Source: Botryllus schlosseri | Lineage: Eukaryota | Assembly (NCBI GenBank): GCA_051294905.1 | Contig: CM119371.1 | Span: 38,690,001-38,754,000 of the forward strand | Direction: 5' to 3' | DNA: 64,000 nucleotides | In this document: positions 11,101 to 25,846 of the stretch, in pieces | Numbering within the stretch: the stretch's first letter is position 1 | Layout of the letters: every line of letters begins with the position of its first letter | The notes under the pieces: model-generated | Seen by the model: the letters and a program-made list of their open reading frames with translations, nothing else | What the model was told of the DNA's origin: nothing | The model's database searches: none | Translations under genes and position numbers: made by a program

Positions 11101-14100
11101 AATCAAGTCGACGTCGCATAAAACCGTAAAACCATTTGCTGCGAAACAGTGATGGATCGTTATTAAACAGCACATATTCCAAGGTAATCATTAACATGCA
11201 GCTAATTTCCTAATTTCCAAGTGTAAGGCGATTCAGGGTTTTCTAAGCAAGTCTCACTCGGACCTGTATCTGTGATCGCTTTGTGAATTTATTCTGAAGA
11301 TCAATATTGCCTAACCAGGAAGCGTGTCGTGTTTTGAATCAATACCAAGTAGTAAAATCTGAATCAAGTCAAAGCATCTCTTTCTCTGATCTAATTTAAA
11401 TTTTATGATGCTGCGTCACGACCTTGCAAGGGCAAGATTATATCACTAGAGCTAACCGAGTTAGGATTTGCGAAAACTGAAAGAGTTGTTATCAAGTCAT
11501 CAGGTATTACAATTTTGTTACCGACACCTGATGTCAACTTTCCGATATATAATGCAAATCTAGTCCGATATATAATGCAAATCGAAGCAGAAATGGTCAA
11601 AGTTACCAGTCATGCTACTCAAGTCGATGTAGAGATACTGCCGCCAATTGATGCTCGATTACAAGTAGATGTAGCAGTTTTTAAAGCGTCATCAAGAGCA
11701 AGTAGAATACAAAATATTGGAAAAGCACTCAAGTCAGACTTGGACATCAAAATAATTCTAGTTGTCTAATTTCACTGAATTAGGGCGAAATGCCGGTAAT
11801 TTAATCTAATCTAATGTCGGAATCGCTTCGATGCTCCAATTCTAATTCTAATCCAATTTGGAAAAATTGTGTAGCTCTAATTATAATTCAAATCTAATTT
11901 GGAAAAGCTGAAAATTTTTTAATTGTTCAAGTCTGACTCTGGTGAGCATTTTTTCGGAGGTCTCTACTTTCAAAATTTGCGATATGTATCTTCTCGACTA
12001 TAGTAAAATTTCTTCTAAGAGTTATAATCTTCGGAAATATATTCAATTATTTCTGATACAAGTGCTGTAACCAAACCTATACTAATTGAAGGGAAATGTT
12101 GGTAATCTAATTATATTCCTATCTGTGAAATGTTTCTATGCTCTAATTCAGTGGTTCCCAATCTTTTTGGTGTCAGGACCAAATTTAGAATTTCAGAGTA
12201 CGGTCGGGGCCGCACGAATACAAGGGCAATGAAAAGTATCCAAAATAGTCATCAAAATATGAAAGTGGGCATTGTTCCGATCAATCGCTTGACAATCATT
12301 GGCCATTGGTTTGGTCATTGTGTTGCTGCGCTCCCATTATTCAAGGCAATCGACCTTTGGTGGCTATTTCGGAGTTATCTGTAGATTTATTGCCCTGGCT
12401 AGACTTCAGTTTGTATTTTTGGAATCAGTGCGGCATTAAAGCTTTCGATAAAGACCGGACCTATCAAATTATACGGACGCTTCGGTCGTGAACTATATAG
12501 GACTACCAAATATGCTGTTGTCGGGGCGATTTAGGTAGTCAGATTTAATTGCCTGGACGCGCGAAGCGCGAAAAATTTCATGATTGAATTGTTCAATATG
12601 ATCGGGAATTACATATATATTGCCATCAATTTTTAATCTTTTTTCTGCTTATGTAATCAGTTTTACAGGTAGAGCCGAGGGAGGTGTGTTTGAAAAGGTA
12701 GATCCCTCAACAATAATTAAACATCTTCATGCGCATACCCGTTGGCAGGAACGAAATAGCGCTTCGTCAGCCCCCCCCCCTAAAAAAATAAACAAATAAA
12801 TAAATATTAAACCTGGGTCTTGGGAGTTTTTGAACTTTTGCATTTAGGCTAATCCTCTGTGATCTTGATTGAAGCTTCAGGTCCCCGGCACCGCCCGGCA
12901 GATCCCACCGAGTCTTTCTCTTGATATTGTCCCACTCGGCGAGTACGCAGTGATTAAGTCAGTAAAGTCTTCGTCGGACTTCGCGACTTGATCTACTATT
13001 TTTATGGCCTATACTGCGCAGCTCGTCCAAGCTGTACGTAATCATTACAAGCAATCAGCTAGCTGACCGAGAAATACACGCCTGCACTCAGCGACTGACC
13101 ATAGCGAAAGAAAATAGGAAACAAAAGATCATCGAAAATATCAGATTTTTGCTCGTGCCTACGCTGGAGACGCTTAACACGAGCCCAAAGCTGATTTTTC
13201 CGATGTTCTTTTGTTTCCTGATTTCTTTTGTCCTTTTTTTTTTATCTAATGGGAAAGTCGATATATATATATTGGACTCTCATGGGGTGATAAACCTACC
13301 CGTGCTACCTTGTGCGCTTTTTCCATGAGCCTATAGAAGTACTGTTAAGTGAGCCAGGGCGAAGCCCGAAAATTTTCGATTATTCATAATATAATCGGTC
13401 AATATGATCGGGAATTGCATATATATTGCTATCAATTTCTTGTCCTCGCTGCTCACGTAATCAGATTTACCGGTAGAGCTGAGTGAGGTGTAGTGGAAAC
13501 TGTAGGACCCATTAGTATGATTCCGTAACATGTTATTTCGTGACCTCGTGTGTGCTATATCAAAAAATATAGAATTGCCCAAACGTATAGGCTTCTAAAC
13601 TAAGATCCACACACGATTTGAAATTGGTATTTTTTCACTGAATTATTATTTTTCCCTGCGGAATGGTATTTGTCTCATGAGGCTGAGATTGCCAAGACAA
13701 TATTTTGTATAAAACGAAGTTTTCGGTCAGCATTGGGGCAATCCTGTTCAGCCAAGGTTTTCTCGCAGCCGAACGTTCTGACACACTTCTTGGAGTCACG
13801 TGTTACGCGGACTTACGTGGCCTACTTAATGTTTTGGTGCGTCGTGGCGCGGTAATGGCCAACGCCGAAATGCCCAATACCCATTTCCATAAATCCTGCG
13901 CATTTTTGCGTGGGGCTGAGTACCCAAAAAACAAGATATTTGGCAGCATGAAATAAAGCCTAGAGCAAAAAAATGAAGAAAAAAACGCACAAATCTTTAT
14001 GAAATGTTCCATAATTTATGCTATTTCACGAAATAATTTTGAGGCCTGTTCGATCTCGCCCCTCCCCATTGAGGGTTTGGTGTGTGGCAGTTATGACCCT

Positions 14101-15044
14101 GACTTTACATATATTTATAGCAGTGGTTCTTAACCTGGCCTTCAGTGCCCCCCTCAGCTCTACCGGTACATCTGTTTACGTGAGCAGAAGAGAGGATAAA
14201 AATTGATATCAATATACATGCAATTACCGATCATATTGACCAATTCAATCATTAATTATTGAAATTTTTCGCGGTATATGGCGTCTTGGCGGGTAAATGG
14301 GCACCCAATGTAGATCACTAGTATCAGAAAATAGCGGATAGCGGAGTGGGGGTCTGCGGGCGAAGCCCCCCGGGAAAATGGTTTATCACCCGAGAGGGGC
14401 CCAAGACCAACTGTGTTTTGGGGAGAGCTGACGAAGTGCTGTTACGCCCCTGGTAACGAATTAATTGAACCTGTGGGCACGCCCGAATATGTTTATTTGT
14501 TAATTATGTGCCCTTTATTTACCAATTCAACAGCTCAATCAGCGCTACTGGTAAATCTGATTACGTGGGCTGAGAGGATAAAAAGTTTATAACGACTTAT
14601 ATAATCACCACCTATTCGTTCATGCAATATAAAAAAAAATAGTACCTAGGGCGACCAGGCCACACAAACTTTGCTGACCATCGAAATCACGCTGCAGCGT
14701 TCTTGGGGGCGAAGCCCTCAAAAGGTTGGTTTATCACGTTATGGCAGTGTTGGGATCAAGTCACTACCGTCGAGTCACGAGTCATTTCGAGTCATTGCAC
14801 ATTTTGACTCGAGTCAAGTCAAGTCAATCAATTTTCGAAGATTACTCGAGTCAAGTCAAGTCAGTCGATTTTCGGAGGTGACTCGAGTCAAGTCGAGTCA
14901 ATTCAAGTCAAGTCACGAGACAAGTCACGATTCAAGTCAAATTGTCTTTTCAAGGTATGAGGCGTGATTACGTCATTTTACTTTGCTAGCTGTCTGAAAT
15001 ACAGATTGAGTGGTCTTTGATTTCGAACCGATGAAGGGATAAAG

Positions 15045-16429
15045 CAGTGGTTCTCAACCTTTTTGGCTTCGCGGACCCCTTTTGACCGTCACTGACGTTC
15101 GCGGACCCCCTCAAGTTTTAGTTCAATTTAGGCTCTAATATGGTGCAACCTCCATATCTGTCTTGTGCAAATATGAACTGTAGGCTTGTGATAAACAGCA
15201 AAATATTCACTTTTCTTGAAAATAACATCATAGAAATTGGTAGGCTTTTATTATTTCAAAGCTAATTTTGCTGTTGTCTTGAAAATCCGCGTCTTCGTTT
15301 TGATAGAAACGAGGAGTGCCGAAAACCATTTCCGCAAAGATAGATGGAAGCTAATGCATAATTAACGCATTACGCCTCCGACGATACTTTTGGTGTGATC
15401 GCAACATTTATGACTCAAAAATGAAGAAACATATAGTTTATGAACATATCACGTCCAGCATCTAGCGCAGGGACAGGCAACATACACGGACCACGGGCCA
15501 GATTCGGCCCGCGACGGCATTTTATTCGGCCCGCAGAGAGTTTCTACCGTCAAAGTAAAATCCTAATCTAAGAGTATAGACAAATTTTATGCGCCAAAGA
15601 ATGGATCCAACTTTTCCAACCTGAGAAAGTCTCATGAAACTACTTGTTCTGTTCGGGTTTACATATAGGCTATATTAACGAGCAAACATTTTCGGTCATG
15701 AACAATCGAACATTAACAAGACAAGGCTGCATACCAATATAACTGGTGATATGAATTTCAGGGATGAAGCGTAATGCTTTGATGGCAACGAAACACTCAT
15801 TGTTCATCAAAAAAGCAGCCTTTTCGATAGCGCATCTGCAATAACAATGCGCCAAATCTGATAGCCGAGCTTTAAGAGCAGATATATCATTGTCCGATTT
15901 ATGACGGGTGTCAGCCCAAAATATCTGGGTAAATTTCAATATGAATATACTATTCAATTGTATATTAAAGTTCTGTACCTTCAAGAAGCTGTTTAAATAG
16001 GGGTTATGTATATCACACGATAAAATGGAATTTGTGGCTAGGTTTCAATCAACAAACGACTGTACACTAATTTGTTGAGACTGACAACTTCAAATCGAGA
16101 AGGTTTCACATACATTATGAAGTCACCATGATTGGCGTTATATCATCTCCATAACAAGACGTCTCTAAACTGCAATATGTTTGTATCAGCAGGTTAATGG
16201 AAAATTGGCAATGAAAATGAATTTCCACACTACGATAGTTCATGCCAAACGATTATTATGATGGTATATGAGTACGAGGTTTGAGCAGTTGTGGTGCGTG
16301 CGAAACTGCCTCATGCTTTCCAAATTAAAAAATAAAATAAAAATTAGAATATCAACCATACTAAATTTTTAGAGGTCTCGCGGACCCCCTGAAATTGCTT
16401 CGCGGACCCCTAGGGGTTGAGAACCGCTG
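15045..16429. mobile_element. hAT (Charlie/Buster-like) non-autonomous element
   Basis: TIR CAGTGGTTCTCAACC / GGTTGAGAACCGCTG; perfect TSD GGATAAAG; minus-strand transposase tail remnant ASIYLCGNGF/SALLVSIKTKTR near 15290-15360. Confidence 0.88.
15900..15994 (+). mobile_element. Degenerate Penelope-like family 2 tail
   Basis: TGACGGGTGTCAGCCCAAAATATCTGGGT...GTTCTGTACCTTCAAGAAGCTGTT matches 4150-4245; the hammerhead core is destroyed. Confidence 0.65.
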
Positions 16430-19284
16430 GGATAAAGAGTTAAATATACACGTAATTAAGGCGCTGTATCGCTCACAAATAAGTAGAAATAACAAACGTA
16501 AGTAATTGCACAGCCTCAGTTTATAGTTACCATCCAAAATAGAGAATATAGAGAAACGAATTGATAAGATGCAATACATTCCCTTTTGCTAAGTGATATC
16601 ATACAATTCTAGCCTGCTACAATGGCTGAGGACTATATAAACAATTTTCGAGTTCAATTTCAATGAAAAAAGTGGTTTGGTTAAGTTAAGAACACAGAAC
16701 AAAAATATACATTTTGCTATAAAATTACTTAACTATACTTTAGTTTGCGACAACGTAGGCTGTCAGCTTCGATAACTTCGTTTGCCATCAATATATTTGT
16801 GAGAAAACAATGGAGGCTCCGTAAAACGCACGATCATTGAATGACTGGTCGCTCTCACGGGTTACACCAGCGTAGCGCGAACAATCCGAACATAGGAAAG
16901 ATACAGTGATTTTTATCCACACCGATTATTTGATGACTTGAAATTGACCCGTGAATTTTGCTCCAAGTCACGAGTCAATCCACATTTCTGATACGTCGAG
17001 TCAAGTCAAGTCAAGTCATTTTAGCGAAGTGAATCGAGTCAAGTCAACTCATACTAAAAAGTGACGCGAGTCATCCCAACACTGCGCTATGGTTGCGCAA
17101 GGCAATCGTTTTAGGAGGGTTGACGAAGTGGTGTTATGGCCCTCCCTCTTACTCATTGTCTTTATTACATTCCTTACAATATGAGGTTTGGGGGCGCTGG
17201 AGCGCGATAATTTTTGAAAGGGGGCGCTGGAGGAAAAAAGGTTAAGAACCACTTATTTGTAGCTTCTGCTCGTTCAACTGGAAAGTTATGGCACATTGCA
17301 TTGAAAGAGCAGTGACGTAACGATAGCAGCCTACTCACGACTTTCCTGCAATCCTAATTAAAAACTCCAGACTCTACGCCAAGCAAGTGTATTTTATAAA
17401 TATAAATTTCATTTTTTGTCATAACTCGATTTCTTAGTATTTGGGGGGGGGGCGCAAGATGGCTAGCTGGGGCCTTGGTTGGGAATCCCTGCTCTAATTC
17501 TAATTCCAATCTCATTTGTGAAATCTTTTTCTGCTCTGACTTCGAATATAATCTATATTCTGTTTTTTCTTCTGGAAATGCCTCAGAAGAACCGCATAGT
17601 GCGAAACGAGCCACGTTTGCTGTCCAGACATTTGCTATTTCCATGCTCATAAAATGAACTATGATTTGATAATAACGGAGTTTGATTGAACTTTTTGCGA
17701 AATTCAGTAATTCTAATTCTAATCTAATTTGGAAAAACCTGTTGGATATAATTCTAATTTTAATCCAATTTCGAACTTACTGTTGAGCTATAATTCCAAT
17801 TCTACTTTAATTCGAAAAAAGACCTTGTAGTTGTAATTCAATTCCAATATAATTTGGAAAAGCTGAAAGTTTTCAAATTGTCCAGGTCTGCCTGTTTCAT
17901 GCGGATTTCAGGACAACTCTCGATAAATTTCCATATTGTTGGTGCCTAATTGCCTACACATACAGTAATCATGTGTAATATGTTTCCTAGCATTAAGTTC
18001 ACCCTGTCGGGCCTCACTCTGAGCAGCAATCCCTTAGCAAAAGTGGAACATCTGATTTTTTAATAGTACATTTGTTAATATATATATTATATATACTTGA
18101 TAAAGGCTTCTGGTATTGTAGTCTGTCGCATAGTTATCAATATTCCAATTTGCATATATTAACATATGAGCCTCTTCATTGGGTTGTGAATATATATTTT
18201 CATTGCAGGATAATGCTGCAAGTTTTTGCTGAAGATAGTGACTCAACCTTCGTCGTAAAAAACGTTTTGCGAAAACCTGGAGGAGGGACCTTCCCAATGT
18301 TACACGGGCAACGTTCTTCGAGCAGTATTGTCAGTGGAATTTTTTTTTCTCCGTTGCTGGGATCTCTGTTTTTGTTATTTCATGAAATATATCTCCATTT
18401 TATGTTATTATGGTTCAATTTATATCGAATATATGCAATCAAGACTGTTTATTTTCAATAGTGGGCCATTTGGAAAAAGAGACAGAATTTCAAGTAAGGT
18501 GTTGATGTGGAAATTACAACCCCATCACTTCTGATGGGTGGGGTGAATTCTGGTCCTATACAACCGCCGGGTAGCATAGGTTCTGATTTCGTGTACCAGC
18601 TTTTGGGGTGTGTATACCCACTATTTTTGCTAATATTTAGAAACGGATGCTGTCATGTTAATTGCATAGTGAATAATTCGAGCTGTGTCACGATGAAACA
18701 ATTTTGCATGTTATCGTTATTCATATGTTTGCATATGTCTGATGGTTATATAATAAAGTGTTTTAAAACACTGCTTGTTGTAAATGCAACCCTAGATGCA
18801 GTTTTGTTTTTAGGTATTAATGGTGCTTGTCGACTACTTGTAGACGAGGTGATCGAAGCTTACAGCTCACGTTGTCGTAAACTAGATTAAAGTAATTTAA
18901 TAGCAAAATGTCTAGGTCTCTACCCTGTTCTTACATTGACTAAACATGTTGTTTTATTGAAATTGTATTCGAATATAGTTTATATAGTTTTCAACCATTG
19001 GCGCATGGTCGAATTGTATCATTTCAATTTCTAAATGGGTAATGTATTGCATCTTATCAATTCATTTCTCCATTCTCTATTTTGGATGGTATCTGTGTAC
19101 TGCTGCTATGCATTTACTTACGAAGTTCAGTACTACGTATATGTGAGCGATACAGCGTCTTCTTGCATGTAAATTTAACTCTATATCCACTCATCGGTCA
19201 AAATCAATCACCACTCAATCTGTATTTCAGACAGCTAGGAAAATGCAATGCCGTAATCATGTCTCATACTTCAAATAGGCAATT

Positions 19285-19835
19285 CGACTCGTGACTTGAC
19301 TTGCCTCGAGTCACCTTCAAAAATCAATTTACTTGACTTGACTCGATTTAAAATGTGCAATGACTCGAAACGACTCGTGACTCGATGGTAGTGACTAGAT
19401 CCTAACACTGGTAGGTGGTAATTTCGTTCCCAATGTCGAGTGAGAGCTGACTCGTCATTTATAGCTAACAGATTTTACGCAGAGCAGGTATTGATCTCTA
19501 TTGATTTTGACGATGCTCCATACCAAGATCGGTCATCATCTTTTGCATGGTATGTCTTGGTTTTAGTATCGAAGGCTGTGCCAATTTCCAAGGTCAAAAC
19601 TCGATGTTTAGGACAGTAATTTCGTTATCTATCGAGCTCGAGTATGGTAGAAATATGCGCTGATCTGACACTTACCCATGGTTGTAATGACTCGAGTCAT
19701 GACTCGACTCGAGTCTGACTTGAGTCACGTTTTTTTGATGACTCGACTTGACTCGAGTCATTTTCTCAAAATACGGAAATGACTTGATTCGACTCGAGTC
19801 AATCTGTGCAATGACTGAACTTGGACTCGAGTCAT
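19285..19835. repeat. Further GACTCGAGTC-family MITE ends
   Basis: Right end at about 19410 (GATCCTAACACTG) and a new left end at about 19677; also fragments near 29265 and 60910. Confidence 0.6.
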
Positions 19836-21079
19836 TGCGCAAAGAGCCTTGAAATTGTCCATGTCCAGTCCATTGATCTAATCGCACGCGGGAGGAACCT
19901 TTTTCCCAACGTATTTCGATAAAAATGAATAGCTGACGTGTAAGCGAGGATAAGGACGCTTTTACACTGCTGGTGCCAAAGGCAGTGTCTCCAGTTGGAA
20001 CGAAATTGGGTATCGTGGTCTGAAGCTAGTGGTTTATTGCAAACGGTGGCTCGATTAACCGATGGTCGACATTGCTCGGCTCGAGTTGACTCGTTTATGT
20101 TCCAATACATCTTCTTCCGAAGTACTATAACCACTTGGTAACCACTTTTAAAATTCACTATGGTTGTAAAATCGCTTTCTAAGAACTTTGCTGCAGTAAC
20201 TAGCTTTTTAAATGTCACATCACATTGACCACGCCGATTTCATTCACATAACTCGAGTGCGTTAGATGTACTCATGATTTTCAACGCTGTCATTCTGGGT
20301 ATTCCAGATTTCGATGAACTCGTTATGGAACGTTTTGCAACAATGAAATCACGCCACACGCAATAGGCCCACTGATACAAGCATTAAAAATATTCAGATA
20401 TGAGCTACTGTACTTCATATTTTCTTCCGAATAACTTAAAATACGCGAAACAATAACTTATAATTTATAATTTATTCGCTAAAAGCTTTTCGACTAAATC
20501 TCATCAGTAGCGAACGTAAGCCTAGTTAAATATGCCTAATGCCTACCCCATACAAACTGTGTGTGACCACTACAAAGTCACATTGTCAGGTCGTACTACA
20601 CTATTTTGACGTCCTTTAGACAATTCAAATCGCTTTTACCCCTTGCCCCACCACCCGATATTGTCACGAGCCGCCACTGAGATACATGATCATAAATTAT
20701 GTGTACACTATAACAGTAAATATATTGGTAATTAATTGGGTAATAAGAAATATAATAAACTCGGTTGAATATCTTGAAACATGTATCGAATCAGGAGATG
20801 CAACATATATATTGGTAATTATGTTTTGGGTATAATATAGATCAGTAGTCCCCAATCTTTTACGACTCATAGCCCCCTATCAATCTCGGCGAAAATTCCC
20901 CCCTCCCCCCATATTTACGGATCCGAAAAAGAGGATATATAAACGGGAAACTTATTCTTCTAACTCAGATCGCTGGTAAATTTACCAAAAAAGATCATTT
21001 TTACGAGGTGGTAGGTGCTCAGAAAACAAACCAGTTTCCGCGTCTACTTTCCGTTGAGTTGACCTTTTTTTCGCATCAT

Positions 21080-21787
21080 CTGCTGGAGAGGTGCCAATGT
21101 GAGCGCTCTCAAACCACTGCATGAACTTCAACATCAGGTCCTCTGCATCATAAGCAAGACGGGCCCCTTTGGAGCCAGGTTGTGCCCCCAACAAATCACT
21201 GCTCAAAAGATTCGGTGTCCTAAACAGCAAAGATCGCAAAAACTAGAAATCGGTAAGTTTGTGTATCAGTCTCATTGAGGTCACCGCCCCGAAAATTTCA
21301 ATGACTTCTTTATCTCTGTATCAAAATTGCAAAACTACTAGTTGTACAAAACACGCGCGTCGTAGCCGTCGAAGTATTATATGGTCGACGCTGAAGATCA
21401 TCTTTCTATCTTGTGTGCCGGACCTGAAGTGTGGAGCAGTATATCGACGGCGATCCGACAGCCATTGAGCATGTTCACATTCAAGTCGAAATACGAGCAA
21501 TTTCTTCTGAACGAATACGAGTCAGCCCTCAACATTTACCGGACCAAGACCTGTCATATATCGATCTCGCCTTCCGTAACATGACACCTGATTTTGTCGT
21601 TTATCAGTTTATATTATCTTCTTTTACTTCCATTCAGTAGATTACTCTTATTTACATCGCCTCGGCCTAAGTGGATGTCTGAAAGACTTCTCCAAGTCGT
21701 TTAGGCACCTTCCTATCTTTCATTGTATGGCAGTCTTGTGATGTTTTGATATGATGACATTTTATGAATAAACTTGGACTTGAACTC
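21080..21787 (+). mobile_element. 3' end of an L2/CR1-group LINE (ORF2 tail + 3' UTR)
   Basis: LQHQVLCII, KLEIGKFVYQ...PENFNDFF, GPEVWSSISTAIRQPLSMFTFKSKYEQFLLNEY; 3' hairpin (GCCTAAG..TTAGGC) and AATAAACTTGGACTTGAAC tail. Confidence 0.75.
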
Positions 21788-22474
21788 GTATTCAAATAAG
21801 TCTCATTTACGTGCATTTTTTCGGCGTGTTAATTAAATATATATCACTGGACGTCCTAACATTTCGCCATCCATCGCACCTTTTGGTAATTTCGCCCCCT
21901 TGTTCCTCAAAATCGCCAACGTTGGGAACCACTGATATCGTTTGAAGTCTTTGCCTTATCTCAATAGGTAATACAGGAAATGTGATATGACATGATTTGT
22001 GAATAATGCGAAAATTTGAGAGGAAGTAATTTGTATTTATATGTATGTATATGTTATACACGTAAAATATCCATTCATGCAAATGAAAAATTCGAGGCTG
22101 ATTCGAGTCAGCTTTCGATTGATACCCGTTTTCCAAATTTAATGCTCGGCAAGCCGGTCAAAAATAACCGTCCAATTGCCTGTAGCAAAATGGAAATTGT
22201 GACGTGATATAATTTCACTGAGGCGTGAGATTTGCTTGTGTCGACACCATATAGGATACTATGGTTACATTTTTGTTTTTTTCTGCTACCACTGTTTTGC
22301 GTTTGTGTTTTGTTGTTTAATCTTTTGTTAAAGTGTTACTGACCGACAGTTGCACTATATAAATGTACTATCGTGACTACAGCTGACTTGAAGACTACAC
22401 ATCTTGATGTAGTCGTATCGCTGCGTTTGTCTTTTTTACATATTTCTGTGAACTCTCATCGTACGAATAAAGAA

Positions 22475-22502
22475 TCTGTCTGTCTGTCCGTGTGTCTGTC
22501 TA
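22475..22502 (+). repeat. (CTGT)n microsatellite tail after AATAAA
   Basis: AATAAAGAATCTGTCTGTCTGTCCGTGTGTCTGTCT; looks like a retroposon 3' tail. Confidence 0.45.
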
Positions 22503-25500
22503 TCATACATTGTTAATTTATTATATAAAAGAAGTAAACCAGTTACCTATAGCTCATGTTTTCATGTTTAAGATGAATGGCATGTTGCGTGAAATAATAG
22601 ATTTGCGATACAATTGCTGCAGGCTAAATGGACCCACACTAATTTGGAAAGCTGTCGGCTGACATTAGCAATGGTCCAGGACACCACGTCGAGGTTTGAG
22701 AGTGGCGCTGGATTAGGTGATATCTATTATTGCAATGTTAGAATACATCAAAACTAAGTAGCCTACCTCTTCCGCATGCAAAGAGTTGATGATTATCGGG
22801 ATATGGAACTTTTTTTAAGCAAATGCAGAGATTTCATGATTGACCGAAGAGGGGGAGAGCTTCGATCAGAGGCCCCGGGCTACCTCGCCCACCCCAAAAG
22901 CCATCCCCGTCTATAACGATTCCACATTGGCGTTTTCGCTTCTGAGAATAGCTACATCTTCGGTCCATATTTGTATAAAACTCTGAACTTAGTGTGCACT
23001 TTTTGCCCTGTTGAAATTGGATGTCGATTACACCGACTTGTTATTATCGTTGTAACTAGATTGAAACCACAGCGCTGTTGTCGGGTAATGGGGATTATCA
23101 ACATGGAAGTATTTCCTGCAGAATATTTCCACATTTGTTACAAATATGCGGGAAAATATATTTAAAAATTCAATCTACTAAGAATTGATTCGCTGGCCGG
23201 ATGAAATCGTCCGGCGGGCCCTATATGTTTGACAACCTTGGCCTATATGATTATATGTAAAGTTGTATTCCCTTCTACTGTCAGCACCGCAAAGTTCAAT
23301 AAGTTTCACGATGTTGTTATACGCGATCTTGAAGTACGGTGGTTACAGAATATTACTTGAAGTCCCAATTGATCGAAATTTCTCATTTCCATATTATAGT
23401 AGCACAAATATGATATTAGCCAAACAGAATCGGTAGATACAGTGGGGAACGTCCGGTGGGCCGATTACACTTGAGAAAAGTACTCTACGATAGCTATGAC
23501 TAGAATATTCCCTTCGACCACACCAAAAAATGTCGTCAAGCATGTGTCATCTAGCGAATACAAATATGGCTACTGAATCATTTAACCCCCTTTAATTACC
23601 ATGAAATGCCCACAGTAACACTGTATCAGGGAACATGATATACTGGCAAGGATATTGAAGCAAGCTAATCTAGGGTTGCCATGCGTCCGGAATTTCGCTG
23701 AAAAATCTGCGTCCGGAAGGAATTTCTAAAATATGCCTAAATGTCCGGAATTTTGAATGCCTAAAGTACGCTCAAAAGTTCTCCGTTAATCCACATAAAC
23801 ATTCTTAATTTTCGAGCAGATTTATGCTATTCCAAATTCTTCTTCGCGCCGCGCGCGAGGTAATGCAACGTATGTCGATATTAGTATGGGCACTAGGCAC
23901 CACCCTCACCAAAGAATGCAATCAAAATAAATATAAATAACAATCATTTATAGAAATAAATGTGATTGTAATCGCAATTACAAGCAAACAGTATATTCCT
24001 AGAGTTAGTTAAGATCGATTGGATGCTTCAGTCACAGACAGTGGTTCGAAATCTTGGGGTCGTTCGCCTTAATCCGGGAATTGCGATGATGTTGGACGTA
24101 ATAAGCTTCCTAGGCCGTGATTAAGTATGGGCAACCAGAATGTTTTTAGTATTTAGCTCATTAAGTTTTGAGCTTGGCCACGAAACTTTTTGTTGGAAAA
24201 GTTGAAAATTTGGTCGCGACCCTATATAACATAGGAAATCCCCACATGTGAACCTGCTGGTACATTTTATAGTAGCCTAATATATGGAAGAATCAATATT
24301 ATTGACAGAATTCACTCATAAAATTTAACAGCCAAATGCATGGAGTAAGTGCCTAAGAAGTTACATTGACTACGCCATAGTGGGCCCAAGATCATTGTTT
24401 TTTGATGGAGCACAAGGGTGCTCAAAAATGTTGTTGCGGACCTGATTAAAACTCATATCCAGATACCTGCGCCGACCTAACAGTATAGCAGGGTTGTCAA
24501 ACACAATCCTGACCGGCCAGACGTGGCCCGCCTGACGATTTCATCCAGCCCGTGAAGAAATCTATTGCAGACCCTACCAAGTGGCAATCACCAGAGCTCA
24601 CATTACAGATGGCCCAATTCATGACCTATGTTCCAGTCCATTTCTGTATACCAGTGGTTCCCAGGTTCCGAACCTTTTTTCACCCACGTACATTTTCGAG
24701 GTTTTATGCAGGGCTTGCGTACCACTTACATATGATAAGCACGTGAAAGGCGGTCAAAAATGTCTCCACCGTGTTTTGCTGCCGAAGGCGGCGAAACAAA
24801 AATAAACTGCCCATTTATGATTTCTGGATCCATTTGGAGTTCTTGTGGTCAAATATATTAACACGGAATTTGGTCAGGTGATAATCCCAATACTTTACGT
24901 AGGCCGTCATTGGGGGGATATCCCCAACCCACGACGACGACAATACTACGGCGACGGCGGATTCAAAAAACTCAAAATCAGCCCTTCCTGAGCTAGTAGC
25001 TCCCTTCGGTCGACAAAAACGCTAAACACTGGTGTATACAGTCGATGGACAATGTTTTGCTGGTGTGGCATCATATTTACAGACAATGTGTTACACCTCA
25101 TTTTTTAATCTGCTTGTTGGCGCTAAAGAATGTCCAGAAATTGCTTCACAAAGCTAAGCGATGGCCAGCAAGAAGTAACCTCACGCTTCCGAAGAAGAAA
25201 AATATAGGCCTATGTCATCGGGAATGTTGTTACTCAGAGAAAACGCACCAAATAAACCACCCTTGTGTAAGAAGCTGACAGCAGCCAAGATGTCGGCTTC
25301 AAGGTAGGCTATCTATAGCTTTCCTCATTCCTGGCCAGTTCATTATTTGCAGCCGCTCAATAAATAATTTAATTAACCATCAGAAGAGGATGGCTACTAT
25401 CCTCCAGCAACTACTATATCGATTTACAGTTTGATTCGAAGTAGGACTATACGATACAACGAAGCCACAGTTGATCCATCACACTAGGATCAGACTAAGA

Positions 25501-25663
25501 ATACAGATACAGCAGTCACATATCACTTCTCACAAAGACAAGACTAATGGAATTCTTCATTTCAGCAGCATGATACCTTTTAGCAGGATTGTGCATAGAC
25601 GCGGGCAATTACATACGTTCCTGAATATATTGAAGATAACGTGATCGAAAACACTAGTCACGA

Positions 25664-25846
25664 TCAAATATTTATATGATGTACTATCCAGTCATAGTAG
25701 AAGCTCTCCTGATTATACTCATCAGTTTTCGATACGTCGGCGTAAATTGCCTGAGATTCTCCATCGCAATCAGAAGGTTGTATGGCAATTCCCAGAAGAA
25801 TGTTGTCCTTGCCATATCCATCGTAAAGGGGACCACCTTGATCACC
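25664..25846 (-). CDS. Gene A exon 5 (GDQGGPL to stop)
   Basis: GDQGGPLYDGYGKDNILLGIAIQPSDCDGESQAIYADVSK...YYDWIVHHINI*; preceded by an 89-bp intron. Confidence 0.9.
   Translation of the reverse strand, partial: GDQGGPLYDGYGKDNILLGIAIQPSDCDGESQAIYADVSKTDEYNQESFYYDWIVHHINI

Larger units (their letters stand above)
14745..17084. mobile_element. Same GACTCGAGTC family, opposite orientation, carrying nested inserts
   Basis: TIR CAGTGTTGGGAT / ATCCCAACACTG; TSD CGTTATGG / CGCTATGG. Confidence 0.85.
14121..17254. mobile_element. Outer hAT element hosting the nest
   Basis: TIR CAGTGGTTCTTAACC / GGTTAAGAACCACTT; TSD ATTTATAG / ATTTGTAG. Confidence 0.75.

Noticed and set aside
14745..14945. CRISPR-like appearance of GACTCGAGTC/CAAGT repeats (also 19680-19835, 59840-59960, 60615-60800)
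   Set aside because: Irregular 5-10-bp subterminal motifs of a hAT MITE; no constant repeat-spacer structure, no cas genes, eukaryotic context.
18030..18900. Cluster of 60-130-aa ORFs
   Set aside because: No recognisable motifs, no consistent splice signals, and ORFs overlap on both strands; left unassigned.
19900..20220. Possible hAT dimerisation-domain remnant
   Set aside because: Only a faint resemblance (VP...F....SLS); too degraded to call.
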